From: a virus
Taxonomy: Duplodnaviria > Caudoviricetes
IMG/VR virus record: IMGVR_UViG_3300021426_000004
Coordinates: 1 to 64,000 of that record
Length of the DNA stretch: 64,000 bases
Strand: one strand, 5' to 3'
Shown piece by piece: positions 16,860 through 25,912 of this stretch (position 1 is its first letter; every line of letters begins with the position of its first letter). The notes under the pieces were generated by a model, which had not been told where the DNA came from, did no database searches, and saw only the letters and a list, made by a program, of their open reading frames with translations. Position numbers and translations under genes: made by a program.

Positions 16860-17130
16860 TAAGCGGTGGTGGAAAAGGTAGACACGCTCAAAAATGAGAA
16901 AAGGAAATAACTTAAATAGGAGTTTAGGCGAGCCGTTATGCTTCAAAACAGGCTGTCCGGACAGCGGTTGAGCAGTAAAACAGATATGCAAGATGACGGT
17001 ATAGGCACTCGCCACCAAATAGCTTAAGCAACATATACGGGTCGTTTAACTGCTCACAACCAAAGACCGGGAGACAAGGACGCTGACAAAAAACCATGTC
17101 AGTATGTAGGGAAATCCTGCCCCGTAGCCA
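16860..17130 (+). ncRNA. larger tRNA-like structured RNA, copy 3
   Basis: same 5' D-arm signature (GTG-GAAAAGGTAGA-CAC), long-range helices, T-like hairpin, ends GCCA; no ORF. Confidence 0.5.
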
Positions 17131-17172
17131 TATTAGTTAAAGAACGCTTTTAAAGTAGGAGGATATGTAAGA

Positions 17173-17319
17173 ATGACACAACAAGAATACGAGCAATACT
17201 TAAAAGAACACGATTGCTCAAAATGTCCTGCATGGAGCGGAACTGATTGTACACGGAATCCTTATGAAGACGGGTGTCTTGATCCAGTAGTAAAAGCGTA
17301 TTGGGAAGAACATCAGTAA
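17173..17319 (+). CDS. small Cys-rich protein (48 aa)
   Basis: AGGAGG RBS; LLKEHDCSKC. Confidence 0.55.
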   Translation: MTQQEYEQYLKEHDCSKCPAWSGTDCTRNPYEDGCLDPVVKAYWEEHQ

Positions 17320-17373
17320 TGCATTAAATTACTGTATGGAGAAGTAAACCAATATATATAGGAGCTTAACGAT

Positions 17374-17547
17374 ATGGAAAATAATCATGTGCATCTTTGT
17401 AACTCATGTTGCAATTCTTACCCTGAATGTGATGACGATAAACTTGCTGTCGAATTTGGTGACGGTGTCGGTGGCGATAACATTTGTTGCTGTAATAAGT
17501 ACGAGCCGCTAATGGAGCATGATTATGACCGAGGTGGATACAAGTAA
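17374..17547 (+). CDS. small Cys-rich protein (57 aa)
   Basis: AGGAG RBS; LCNSC...NICCC. Confidence 0.55.
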   Translation: MENNHVHLCNSCCNSYPECDDDKLAVEFGDGVGGDNICCCNKYEPLMEHDYDRGGYK

Positions 17548-17583
17548 CTAAAATAGGAGGTTTAACAAAGGTGGTGATGTGAA

Positions 17584-17703
17584 ATGATTGGAGAAGGAGT
17601 ATCTCCGCTTACGATAGATAGTCCCGATGCGGACTGCCCAGCACAAGCGTTTGCGTGTAATTGGTGTCCGTTTAGGGACTACTGCGAAAAGAAACTTAAA
17701 TGA
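17584..17703 (+). CDS. small Cys-rich protein (39 aa)
   Basis: GGTGA RBS; CNWCPFRDYC. Confidence 0.45.
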   Translation: MIGEGVSPLTIDSPDADCPAQAFACNWCPFRDYCEKKLK

Positions 17704-17976
17704 AACTTTCAGAAAGCAACATGGCCATATTTAAGAATGCTTTAAAGTCAAAAATGCCAAGTTGTCGTATTTTGCTAGGGACATTAATGTCCTTAACAAA
17801 ATCGATAACGCAGGAAGGTCAGTAAAATTGAAATGTTAGTAATTAGATTTAGCAAATGGAATCATAAGGCAACGCCAATGTTTGTTTATACACGAGTATT
17901 CAGAAATGGATACGAATGGACACCACTTTGCATCAAAAAATTCCGATATATAGGAATTTAAATAGGAGTTTAGTAC

Positions 17977-18117
17977 ATGACAAAAGACGAAGCTATTAAA
18001 GAAATTGAAGAGTGTATTACTGATGCCGATAAAGCATTCAGCGAAGACGAAGAATATATTCGTGGTTGGAAATCTGCATTGCTTGTGGCATTGGAAATTG
18101 TTTGTGAGATAACATGA
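17977..18117 (+). CDS. small hypothetical protein (46 aa)
   Basis: AGGAG RBS; MTKDEAIKEIE. Confidence 0.55.
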   Translation: MTKDEAIKEIEECITDADKAFSEDEEYIRGWKSALLVALEIVCEIT

Positions 18118-18163
18118 TTAACTTGCTGTATGCTTCCATCATGGACTATTTTAAGGAGAAAAT

Positions 18164-18604
18164 ATGAGACAACTAATAATCGCACGAAAAGACTTAGAAA
18201 TGAGTCCAGGAAAACTTGCATCTCAAGTTGCACATGCAAGTTGGGCATTTTTATCTCACAAAATTCGTAGCAAAGGTGAGCAACTTAGTTTAACAACAGA
18301 TTATCTTGTTCCATTAGTTATTCCTAAAACTATATACGAAGATTGGTTTTGCGGTATTTTTACAAAAACAATCTGCGAAGCTAAAAACAGGACTCAGCTT
18401 TTAAAAGCGAAAACATTAGCAGAAGAACTTGGATTAGAAGAAGGAAAAGATTTCTTTTTAATTAAGGATGCTTGTAACACAGAACTAACACCCGAAGAGT
18501 TTGATGAAAATGGAATAGGTCGCACATTAACATGTATTGGTTTTCGCCCACTTGAAGATGAAACAGCTTGGAAAATTTCAAAAAAATTCCAGTTATATAA
18601 ATGA
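18164..18604 (+). CDS. peptidyl-tRNA hydrolase, PTH2 family
   Basis: RKDLEMSPGKLASQVAHAS, IKDAC.TE, TCIGFRP. Confidence 0.85.
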   Translation: MRQLIIARKDLEMSPGKLASQVAHASWAFLSHKIRSKGEQLSLTTDYLVPLVIPKTIYEDWFCGIFTKTICEAKNRTQLLKAKTLAEELGLEEGKDFFLIKDACNTELTPEEFDENGIGRTLTCIGFRPLEDETAWKISKKFQLYK

Positions 18605-18614
18605 AAGGTATAAT

Positions 18615-18920
18615 ATGGTTAAGAAAATTATTGATGACGACGAACATGCAGTAATAGAGATTATCCATTACATCCCTGAGTATATCTTTGACTTGATCAA
18701 TCTTCCGAGAGAAAAAATCATCAACGCTGAAATCGAACTTATGGAGAAAGAATTAAAGGAAGATTATCCACTGTACCATCTTTGCTACTCGTATCCGCAG
18801 AGAAAAATAATGGCAGAACCAAAGGACGAAAACTATGAGAAAGCAATACATGAACTTGTGGATATGGGTATATGCGGGAAAGTATTACGGGTTGTGACAA
18901 GAGCCGTAAGATACTATTGA
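18615..18920 (+). CDS. hypothetical protein
   Basis: ORF between PTH2 and thyX. Confidence 0.6.
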   Translation: MVKKIIDDDEHAVIEIIHYIPEYIFDLINLPREKIINAEIELMEKELKEDYPLYHLCYSYPQRKIMAEPKDENYEKAIHELVDMGICGKVLRVVTRAVRYY

Positions 18921-18935
18921 ACGGAGGAAGAAACA

Positions 18936-19589
18936 ATGAAAGTAAAACTTATTAGTTATCCAATAATGGATGCAGCTAAACTTTGTGGAATGGCTGCAGC
19001 CATATGTTATAATTCAAACAATTATGAAAGCTCACTAAAACATTCAGCCGGAGCAGGACATACAAGCGTTCTTGAACACGCATCGTTTACATTTGAAATC
19101 GAAGGAATCAGCAGAGCTTGCCTTGCACAGCTGACACGGCATCGTTTGGCTTCATTCAGTGTTCAGAGTCAGCGATATGTAAAACTTGATAATCCTGAAC
19201 TTATTATTCCGGAAACTATTAAGCAGTCTGATCTTGCAGAGGAAGCAATATCTTGTATGAAACATTCTATGGATACATACAAGAAGCTTCTTGATGCAGG
19301 AATTCCAGCGGAAGATGCAAGATACGTAACACCGCAGGCTGTTCCAACTCAATTGTTTATGACAATGAACTGTCGGGAACTCCTGCATTTCTTTGGCCTC
19401 CGAACATGTAATAGGGCTCAGTGGGAGATTCGTCAGATGGCAGACGAGATGCTTAAACAGTGCAAGGAAATAGCGCCGCAAATCTTTGAAAATGCAGGTC
19501 CTGGATGCGTAACCGGAAAATGCACCGAGGAGAGACCTTGCGGACATCCAAGAAACAAAGAAGAATGGAGCGATAAAGATGGAGTATGA
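18936..19589 (+). CDS. thyX: FAD-dependent thymidylate synthase
   Basis: GHTSVLEH, RHRLASFSVQSQR signature, AQWEIR. Confidence 0.95.
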   Translation: MKVKLISYPIMDAAKLCGMAAAICYNSNNYESSLKHSAGAGHTSVLEHASFTFEIEGISRACLAQLTRHRLASFSVQSQRYVKLDNPELIIPETIKQSDLAEEAISCMKHSMDTYKKLLDAGIPAEDARYVTPQAVPTQLFMTMNCRELLHFFGLRTCNRAQWEIRQMADEMLKQCKEIAPQIFENAGPGCVTGKCTEERPCGHPRNKEEWSDKDGV

Positions 19590-19764
19590 CTGGATTTATG
19601 ACGATATAACATGGTGCGTAAGTGAATGCAGTTATGAGAAATGTGAACGCAATACAATACATCGGTTGAGTAAGACAGGTTTGTTTTCAGCGGCAAACTT
19701 AAAAGGAACAGAATCCTGTCCGCTGTATAGAGAAGAACATGAAAAAGAAGGAAAGCAAAATTGA
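19579..19764 (+). CDS. Cys-rich small protein
   Basis: DITWC..C..C...CPLY. Confidence 0.6.
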   Translation: MEYDWIYDDITWCVSECSYEKCERNTIHRLSKTGLFSAANLKGTESCPLYREEHEKEGKQN

Positions 19765-20273
19765 AAGACTATTTGAATGTATGGACATGGAACCTTCCAG
19801 CAAAATATTATTTAAAGAAACCTTGGAAATGGTTCCGTGAACTAAAATGGAATATTCAAAACGCATGGCAAAGAACAACAAAGGGATACTGTTATTTGGA
19901 TTGGGCTAATTTCGATATGTGGTTTAAAGAAATTGCTCCTCAAATGCTGAAAGAAATGGCTGTACATGGGCATGGATACCCTGGAGTATCTCCTTTTGAA
20001 ACTCCTGAAGACTGGAGCAGTTGGCTTCGTCATATGGCAAATCAAATTGAAAAATGCCAAGACGAAAACGATGGAAATGAATATTACGAGCCATATATTA
20101 ATAGCTTAATGAAAAATCCTAAAGAAGCTCTCACAGAAGAAGAAACAGAAGAGAAAAGGGAATTAAGAGAAAAATATTATGAACGATGGCTCGAATTAAC
20201 AAACGAACATAAAGAATTGTTTAAGAAAACTATGTATGAAATACTGGAACACTGGGATTATTTGTGGGACTGA
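19761..20273 (+). CDS. hypothetical protein
   Basis: WQR..KGY...LWD; last + strand gene. Confidence 0.7.
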   Translation: MKDYLNVWTWNLPAKYYLKKPWKWFRELKWNIQNAWQRTTKGYCYLDWANFDMWFKEIAPQMLKEMAVHGHGYPGVSPFETPEDWSSWLRHMANQIEKCQDENDGNEYYEPYINSLMKNPKEALTEEETEEKRELREKYYERWLELTNEHKELFKKTMYEILEHWDYLWD

Positions 20274-20274
20274 T

Positions 20275-20309
20275 AAAAAAAGGGGACACTGTATATAACA
20301 GTATCCCCT
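20275..20309 (-). terminator. terminator of the late (- strand) operon
   Basis: AGGGGA.ACTGT/ACAGT.TCCCCT stem with A7 on its 5' side. Confidence 0.7.
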
Positions 20310-20314
20310 GAATT

Positions 20315-20340
20315 AAGGCAGCGAAAGCTGCCTTTTTTAT
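20315..20340 (+). terminator. terminator of the early (+ strand) region
   Basis: AAGGCAGC-GAAA-GCTGCCTT followed by TTTTAT. Confidence 0.85.
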
Positions 20341-21047
20341 TGGACTTTGGAAAATTGTCCGCTTACCCATACAATTCTCCCCGGAATTTTGATTGCATGC
20401 CATCCATTTTCGGCTGTTGCAATCCACTCGTACATAGCATTCTTGTTAACCTGTGCAATACTAGAGTAATTCAGGCCATTTCCGACCCGAAGATTTACCC
20501 TGTTCGCAGTTATAACAACCTTCTTTGGCATTGTTTTTTCCTCTTTTTTCTCCTGTTTGTCTGGAGTTTCGGAAGAAGCAAATGCATCGAAAAACTTTTG
20601 TGCGTAGTTAGCACGCCGTTGCTTCATTGTTTCTGATGTATTAGCTGGCTTTTCATATTTCAGCATAAAAACATCAGAAGCAGCACGAATTTCATCGGCG
20701 TTGGTTACAGCAGACCAGACAGTTTTATAACTGTTTTTCAATTCATTTATAAGATGGTCCAACTGTACGTTGATGTCTCCTACAGAGACCCCCTTGATTT
20801 TAGCACGATTCAAGAGCGCCTCTTTGCGAGTATAGAAACACCATTGAGCTAAACCGAAAGCACATTTGTCATGAACGAAATCCAGGGTTCCGGCATCGGC
20901 TTTGGCAACGTAATCCGGGTCTTTAGATCCTGTAACATTTTTAGGATTCAATGAGCTTTCCGCCATAAGGTTACCCATAATTGCTGCCGTGCCGTAAGGA
21001 TTATTTGTTTCTTTGATTAAATAATCCCAGATAACTTGTTCGTTCAT
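20337..21047 (-). CDS. endolysin: phage lysozyme-2-like domain + SH3b
   Basis: AAIMGNLMAESSL, GLAQW, YEKPA; C-terminal VNLR..GW SH3. Confidence 0.85.
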   Translation of the reverse strand: MNEQVIWDYLIKETNNPYGTAAIMGNLMAESSLNPKNVTGSKDPDYVAKADAGTLDFVHDKCAFGLAQWCFYTRKEALLNRAKIKGVSVGDINVQLDHLINELKNSYKTVWSAVTNADEIRAASDVFMLKYEKPANTSETMKQRRANYAQKFFDAFASSETPDKQEKKEEKTMPKKVVITANRVNLRVGNGLNYSSIAQVNKNAMYEWIATAENGWHAIKIPGRIVWVSGQFSKVQ

Positions 21048-21050
21048 TGT

Positions 21051-21431
21051 TTACACCTCTGGATTGTGTGTAGAAATACTGGTGTTAACATAAGTTTTGA
21101 CGTTTTCATTTGTTTCAAACATCTTTTTGAACTTAACAAGAACTTCGTCTACAAGGTTGCTGAAGTATTCAAAAGAAATGAATTTAACAAGGAATGGAAA
21201 TTTGGTAACAAACATATCGTAGACCTTGCGAAGTTTCAGCTGACCGGTACCGCTTCCGAGTTCTCTTTCAGCTTCGGCTACGGCATACAGGAGCCATTCT
21301 TTAATCTTCGCTATCTGCTCTGCTCGCGGAAATTTAAAGAACTTAATAATACAGTAAATAATAACAGCAATAGCCGCAACAGCAGCAAGAATAATATACC
21401 AATTTTCTGCAATAAACTTCATAGTACACAT
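21051..21431 (-). CDS. holin (LL-H-like)
   Basis: N-terminal TM; EWLLYAVAEAERELGSGTGQLKL. Confidence 0.75.
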   Translation of the reverse strand: MCTMKFIAENWYIILAAVAAIAVIIYCIIKFFKFPRAEQIAKIKEWLLYAVAEAERELGSGTGQLKLRKVYDMFVTKFPFLVKFISFEYFSNLVDEVLVKFKKMFETNENVKTYVNTSISTHNPEV

Positions 21432-21440
21432 CTCCTTTAA

Positions 21441-22169
21441 TCAATAACTACCTTTTCCATCACCGATAATGTCAAGGAACTTAGCCATCATGTAGCCAGT
21501 TTTATTCCTGAACGTTACCTTGCACCATTCTTCTCCGGGAGTAATGATGTTTACAATCGTTCCAAGCGGAACCTGCATCATTAAAGCTCCCTTTAAGCTA
21601 GGAGTCCGACGCAGATTAACAGTTCCTCCTGAAGGAGCAACCAACACTGCCTGTTCGCCAGAGGTGGGAGTTGGCACAGGAATATCGGATGCCTCTTTCA
21701 GTTGCCTACTTTTTCCATAGTGAGTCCAAGGATAATACACGTTTACCTTAGTATCTGTGGTCATTCTTGTACTCATATGTTTGATTTGAAAAGGATTTAC
21801 ACTGTACACTACACCAGCATGATAATAATCATTCGTATCACCGTTGTAGTACCTTCCGCCCTTCCTGTATCTGGAGGGCAGATCCCAGTTTTTGTGTCCC
21901 TTTGGAACTGCTTTCAGCACAATATCTCCGGGTTGTAAATCAGCCTGAGATGCAATAGGCTTGAGGTCTACCATTTCTTTTCTGGCTGCCCAGTTCGAAC
22001 CGTGAATACCAGTCCATTTGAGACCCATTCTACGAATAGCACCAATAATCAAACCAATGCAATCGCAATAACCATCAGAGCCATCGGCCGGTTCTCTCCG
22101 TTTAGGATGGGATTGATAAATCTGAATAACTTTAGCAAGAAATTTATCTACTGCTTCTTTGTAAGTCAT
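21441..22169 (-). CDS. endolysin: NlpC/P60-like peptidase + SH3b
   Basis: CDCIGL, GSN, YYHAGVV; C-terminal SH3 (VNLR..EWC..GYMM). Confidence 0.8.
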   Translation of the reverse strand: MTYKEAVDKFLAKVIQIYQSHPKRREPADGSDGYCDCIGLIIGAIRRMGLKWTGIHGSNWAARKEMVDLKPIASQADLQPGDIVLKAVPKGHKNWDLPSRYRKGGRYYNGDTNDYYHAGVVYSVNPFQIKHMSTRMTTDTKVNVYYPWTHYGKSRQLKEASDIPVPTPTSGEQAVLVAPSGGTVNLRRTPSLKGALMMQVPLGTIVNIITPGEEWCKVTFRNKTGYMMAKFLDIIGDGKGSY

Positions 22170-22501
22170 CCAACTGCATCTCCTTCTTCTTCTTTCTTTT
22201 CAGACTCATCTTCTTCAGATTCGTCTTCTTCTTCAGACTTTTCTTTAGGTCTTATCGCATTTTTACCAAATGCTATAGCTACTTTCTCAGTTCCGCTGTT
22301 AAATGTATAAGCGCCCATATTCACAATCATAATTGTGTCAACACCGGTACTAAGATCCACAAGAGCTGACGCTATTTCCGGCCGCAAAAGAACAACAAGA
22401 AAATTTGCGATCCGATAGAGCATCCAGAAAAGCGTCACTCTCGTACACATCTTTTTTGAATATTGAATAAATGCTTCCTTTAGCTTTAAAGATGTCGCCA
22501 T
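22166..22501 (-). CDS. putative holin-like membrane protein
   Basis: QYSKK, two TM segments, acidic tail. Confidence 0.55.
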   Translation of the reverse strand: MATSLKLKEAFIQYSKKMCTRVTLFWMLYRIANFLVVLLRPEIASALVDLSTGVDTIMIVNMGAYTFNSGTEKVAIAFGKNAIRPKEKSEEEDESEEDESEKKEEEGDAVG

Positions 22502-22542
22502 CGGATCTCCTCCTTTTAAAAAGACTTACAAAAAAAGAAGTC

Positions 22543-23202
22543 TTATTGTCTGTCGCTGCCGAGAAATGTTCCTTTTCGTTGACACTCGTGATAGACTTCC
22601 ATAATGAATTCGTAGTCTTCTTTATAAACATTGTTTTTAATACCATGTTTTGCCACGAGCTCTTCGTATTCTTCATTTTCCTTTATGATGTTTTCGAATT
22701 CCAGTTTTGTATGCTGCCGATGATTAAAGCATGAATTAGCAAAATCCAGTACATGTGATTTTATTTGACGAATCGTTTGCATGTCATTGGATTTTTCCAT
22801 CCGGTCCATGCGTTCTTTCATCATCTCACAATTATTTGTTGTGCCGTTTTTCATCTCGTCAATGCTTGCATTTGTTCTTTCTTCGAAGACATCAAGATCA
22901 CTGCGAAGATTTGTTATTTTTGCTTCATAGTCTGATTTAAGTTCTTCGATTTTTGCAGCTCGATCTGTTTTAACCTCAGCAAACTTTCTGGCTGAATCAG
23001 CTTTTAACTCTGCAACATCTTTGCGGACATCCGTTGTAAAAGCTTTTCCAATCCAGCTTATAACCCAGCCAAGCGGATCAATATTCCTCTTGGTAATCTT
23101 AAAGAAACATGACAAAATAAATAAAAGAATAATAATAGACCAGCCGACATTGCCAAGTATCCATTGGCCGACTGCTTTTGATATTTCTCCCATAGGAAAC
23201 AC
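22543..23202 (-). CDS. putative holin/lysis membrane protein
   Basis: TM + NIDPLGWVISWIGK, coiled coil, LDFAN. Confidence 0.6.
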   Translation of the reverse strand: MFPMGEISKAVGQWILGNVGWSIIILLFILSCFFKITKRNIDPLGWVISWIGKAFTTDVRKDVAELKADSARKFAEVKTDRAAKIEELKSDYEAKITNLRSDLDVFEERTNASIDEMKNGTTNNCEMMKERMDRMEKSNDMQTIRQIKSHVLDFANSCFNHRQHTKLEFENIIKENEEYEELVAKHGIKNNVYKEDYEFIMEVYHECQRKGTFLGSDRQ

Positions 23203-23209
23203 TCCTCGC

Positions 23210-23497
23210 TTATTGATTGAGCGAGAGCTTTAGCGCTAAGTATAAGTTTTGTGCATTCTCACGCGAGAGGCTTAATACTATTTTATCTTCGCCTTCGCTC
23301 TCGAACTTAAGAAAAACATTCAGTAGATAACCTGTATATTCATTAAAAACAGTTTTACTCCATACCTCACCTTTTTCAAGGATAGCTACTGTAGTATTGG
23401 CTGGTATTACAGTTGTTATTTCAGAATCAATATTTGCATCATTATGCAATGGAACCATGTCTTCAATGGTTGTAGCATATATGGGCACAAATATCAC
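23210..23497 (-). CDS. SH3b-domain protein
   Basis: IPANTTV..WSKT..YTGY. Confidence 0.6.
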   Translation of the reverse strand: MIFVPIYATTIEDMVPLHNDANIDSEITTVIPANTTVAILEKGEVWSKTVFNEYTGYLLNVFLKFESEGEDKIVLSLSRENAQNLYLALKLSLNQ

Positions 23498-23511
23498 CCC
23501 TTAGTAGATTA

Positions 23512-23910
23512 TTAAACGAATAAAGCATCTATTTGAGCATTTGTAATAGCAGAAATGACAGTGCCGACTGTCGAATAAGATTCGCCGTTCCAGCGATATG
23601 GTGTATTTGATGTTTCATCAATATAAAGTTTGTCTTCTGCTCCGGTTAAAGGAAAATCTGAATAATCAGAATATACCAATATATCACTTGGCAATTGAGA
23701 TTCAGTAACTTTACCATTTGAATCAAGAGATGCTATTCCGTTTCTTGCTCCGATGCTGGATGAATCAACCTTGGTATCCAGTTCATCCTGCATTCCATCA
23801 ATAACAGATGCTATAACGGTGTTATCTGGATAATCATTCAGCTTCTGAGCGAAATAACTCAACCCAGTAAAGTCCAGAAACTTTTTCTGGGTAGGATTTT
23901 CGTATGCCAT
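23512..23910 (-). CDS. short tail-fibre module protein
   Basis: KFLDFTGL N motif, GIASLDSNGKV..QLPS, ITNAQIDALF C motif. Confidence 0.7.
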   Translation of the reverse strand: MAYENPTQKKFLDFTGLSYFAQKLNDYPDNTVIASVIDGMQDELDTKVDSSSIGARNGIASLDSNGKVTESQLPSDILVYSDYSDFPLTGAEDKLYIDETSNTPYRWNGESYSTVGTVISAITNAQIDALFV

Positions 23911-24009
23911 TATAGATATCTCCTTTTGAAATTGATAAAGAAATATTGAATTAACAAAAAAGAAATAATATAAAGGTTACGTCGAACATAGAAACATTTT
24001 GTGTAGTAC

Positions 24010-24984
24010 TTAATTCATTTCCTTAATATGTTTAAGCCATGCATCAATAGTTACAGCTTCCATTCGCATTCCTTCCATTACGGATCTGCTTCGAACTTGA
24101 TTACTGATCATCATTTTATCATTAATCGGAATGCTTTCCCAAATATCTTCATGCTTTTTATACCATACGGCGAAATGCTTTTCGGTACTGTCTCGATACT
24201 CCTGATTTTCCTGATCGATCCATTCTGGCTTGTTCATGGTGTAATATGCATCAAAAATCATGAAAGCCGTAAAAAACATAACCTTATCCTGAATTCCTCT
24301 GCTTAAAAATTCATCGATTAATGCATCGTTTGAATCAAGCATATTACGGTAAGTCTTCAGAATATATTTTGGATCATGACGGCATACAGAATCGTCGCGC
24401 CATTTCCAAAGATAATATGGAGTTTGACAGTATTTTACATTTGTAGAAAGATTCTGACAGAGGATGTTGAAATAACTGTCCTCATGGATAGTAAGTTTAT
24501 CATTCCAACGTATCCCTTTATCAATTAGATACTGACGCCGGTGAATTTTTCCATGAACAAAAGTGCTATCCATTTCATGGTTAATATAAATAATTTCTTT
24601 TGTTTCGGGATGCCGTGTTTCTTCAGTAAATACAGACACAAGACTATCGAATCCTGTTTCCATTTCGCGAAATACAATCCATAATCCACATGCGTTATAA
24701 AACATATCATCCGCATCACAAAACATAACGTATTCAGCCGTAGCATAATCAAGACAAGCGTTTCTTGTTGCGGATACTCCACGGTGTGGTTCTTTATGAT
24801 ATTCAATCATAAATGGATAATTATGTAACAATTCATCCGACAGAAATATATCGCTTCCATCGTTACAAATAATTACTCCGATCTGATCAAATGGAACATT
24901 TTGCTGAATGGCAATACTATCCAATAATTGTTTAATTATCTTATCAGTTTCTTTATATTGTGGTATAAGAATCTGTAACTTCAT
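24010..24984 (-). CDS. glycosyltransferase family 2
   Basis: ILIPQY, NDGS, GVSATRN, FCDADD, HED. Confidence 0.9.
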   Translation of the reverse strand: MKLQILIPQYKETDKIIKQLLDSIAIQQNVPFDQIGVIICNDGSDIFLSDELLHNYPFMIEYHKEPHRGVSATRNACLDYATAEYVMFCDADDMFYNACGLWIVFREMETGFDSLVSVFTEETRHPETKEIIYINHEMDSTFVHGKIHRRQYLIDKGIRWNDKLTIHEDSYFNILCQNLSTNVKYCQTPYYLWKWRDDSVCRHDPKYILKTYRNMLDSNDALIDEFLSRGIQDKVMFFTAFMIFDAYYTMNKPEWIDQENQEYRDSTEKHFAVWYKKHEDIWESIPINDKMMISNQVRSRSVMEGMRMEAVTIDAWLKHIKEMN

Positions 24985-25000
24985 TTATCTGCTTTCCTCC

Positions 25001-25912
25001 TTAAATTCCTACAAAACGACTACTATAATAACTCCATTGAGATGCGGTTTTATAACTTGCAAGCAAAGATGCTGGAACATAAATACTTCCATATTTGCCA
25101 TCTGTGTAAGTTGTATAAGTTGATATTGGAGTGCTATAAAAAGCCCTACTATTTATCAAACTTATAACAGAAGATCCCATAAAATATAAGGAAACAAGTC
25201 TCCAGCAATTATTAAACGCACTAGTCCCAATGCTTGTGCAAGCAGGAAAACTTACAGTTGTAAGATTGGAGCAATATTGAAACGCCCAACTTCCAATTTT
25301 TTTGCAAATAGGAAAACTTATAGTTGTAAGATCGTAGTCATATTCAAACGCATTGCTGTCAATACTTGTACAAACAGGAAAACTAGCAGCTGTAAGTTTA
25401 CTGCAATAACCAAACACACTAGCCCCAAGACTCGTACAAATAGGAAAACTTATAGTTGTAAGTTTGGAGCAACCTCGAAATGCGCCATCATAAATAACAC
25501 TGCAAAGAGGAAAACTTACAGTTGTAAGTATTTTACAACCATAAAATGCACTATACAAAATTTTTGAACAAGCCGGAAAACTCACAGTTGTTAATGCAGA
25601 GCAATCATAAAATGCAGATCCACCAATATACGAGCAAGAATGAGCACTTACAGATGAAAGATAACGACATTCGGCAAACGTATAACTCCCAATTTTTGTC
25701 ATGGTAGAATTTTCATAAATGCTAATGGTTCTTGTTATTAGTTCATCTTCTAGGCCGCCTACAGGGATATTACCAATGGCGCTTGCGAATCCAGTGTCAA
25801 GATCCCATGGAATGGATGCAGATGCATTTGGATCTTTATCTCGTATTGCATTTGCCGTTGCTGTAAGAGCTGCATCTAGCCGATTGCTGTCAATAAGTTT
25901 ATCTAATGCCAT
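25001..25912 (-). CDS. BspA/TpLRR leucine-rich-repeat protein
   Basis: 22-aa repeats LTTVSFP.C..IG..AF..C; IYVPASL. Confidence 0.85.
   Translation of the reverse strand: MALDKLIDSNRLDAALTATANAIRDKDPNASASIPWDLDTGFASAIGNIPVGGLEDELITRTISIYENSTMTKIGSYTFAECRYLSSVSAHSCSYIGGSAFYDCSALTTVSFPACSKILYSAFYGCKILTTVSFPLCSVIYDGAFRGCSKLTTISFPICTSLGASVFGYCSKLTAASFPVCTSIDSNAFEYDYDLTTISFPICKKIGSWAFQYCSNLTTVSFPACTSIGTSAFNNCWRLVSLYFMGSSVISLINSRAFYSTPISTYTTYTDGKYGSIYVPASLLASYKTASQWSYYSSRFVGI

Larger units (their letters stand above)
15117..18132 (+). repeat. dispersed boundary repeat AATTRCTGTWT(TACGAA)
   Basis: copies at 15117, 15475 (partial), 15864, 16025, 16280, 16837, 17327, 18121 (weak). Confidence 0.7.

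Noticed and set aside
14962-17130. Canonical tRNAs, group I intron-containing tRNAs, tmRNA or HDV-like (theta) ribozymes
   Set aside because: No anticodon stem-loop can be rebuilt; I see no group I core motifs, no tag ORF, and the helix order lacks the HDV P4/nested arrangement. This is by eye only and needs cmscan.
6920-18132. CRISPR array
   Set aside because: Repeats are only 9-17 bp, irregularly spaced by whole ORFs, and there are no cas genes.
2354-20060. Minus-strand ORFs in the early region (e.g. 9415-9765, 11059-11487, 19152-19547)
   Set aside because: Shadow ORFs antisense to well-supported + strand genes, with no RBS or recognisable motifs.
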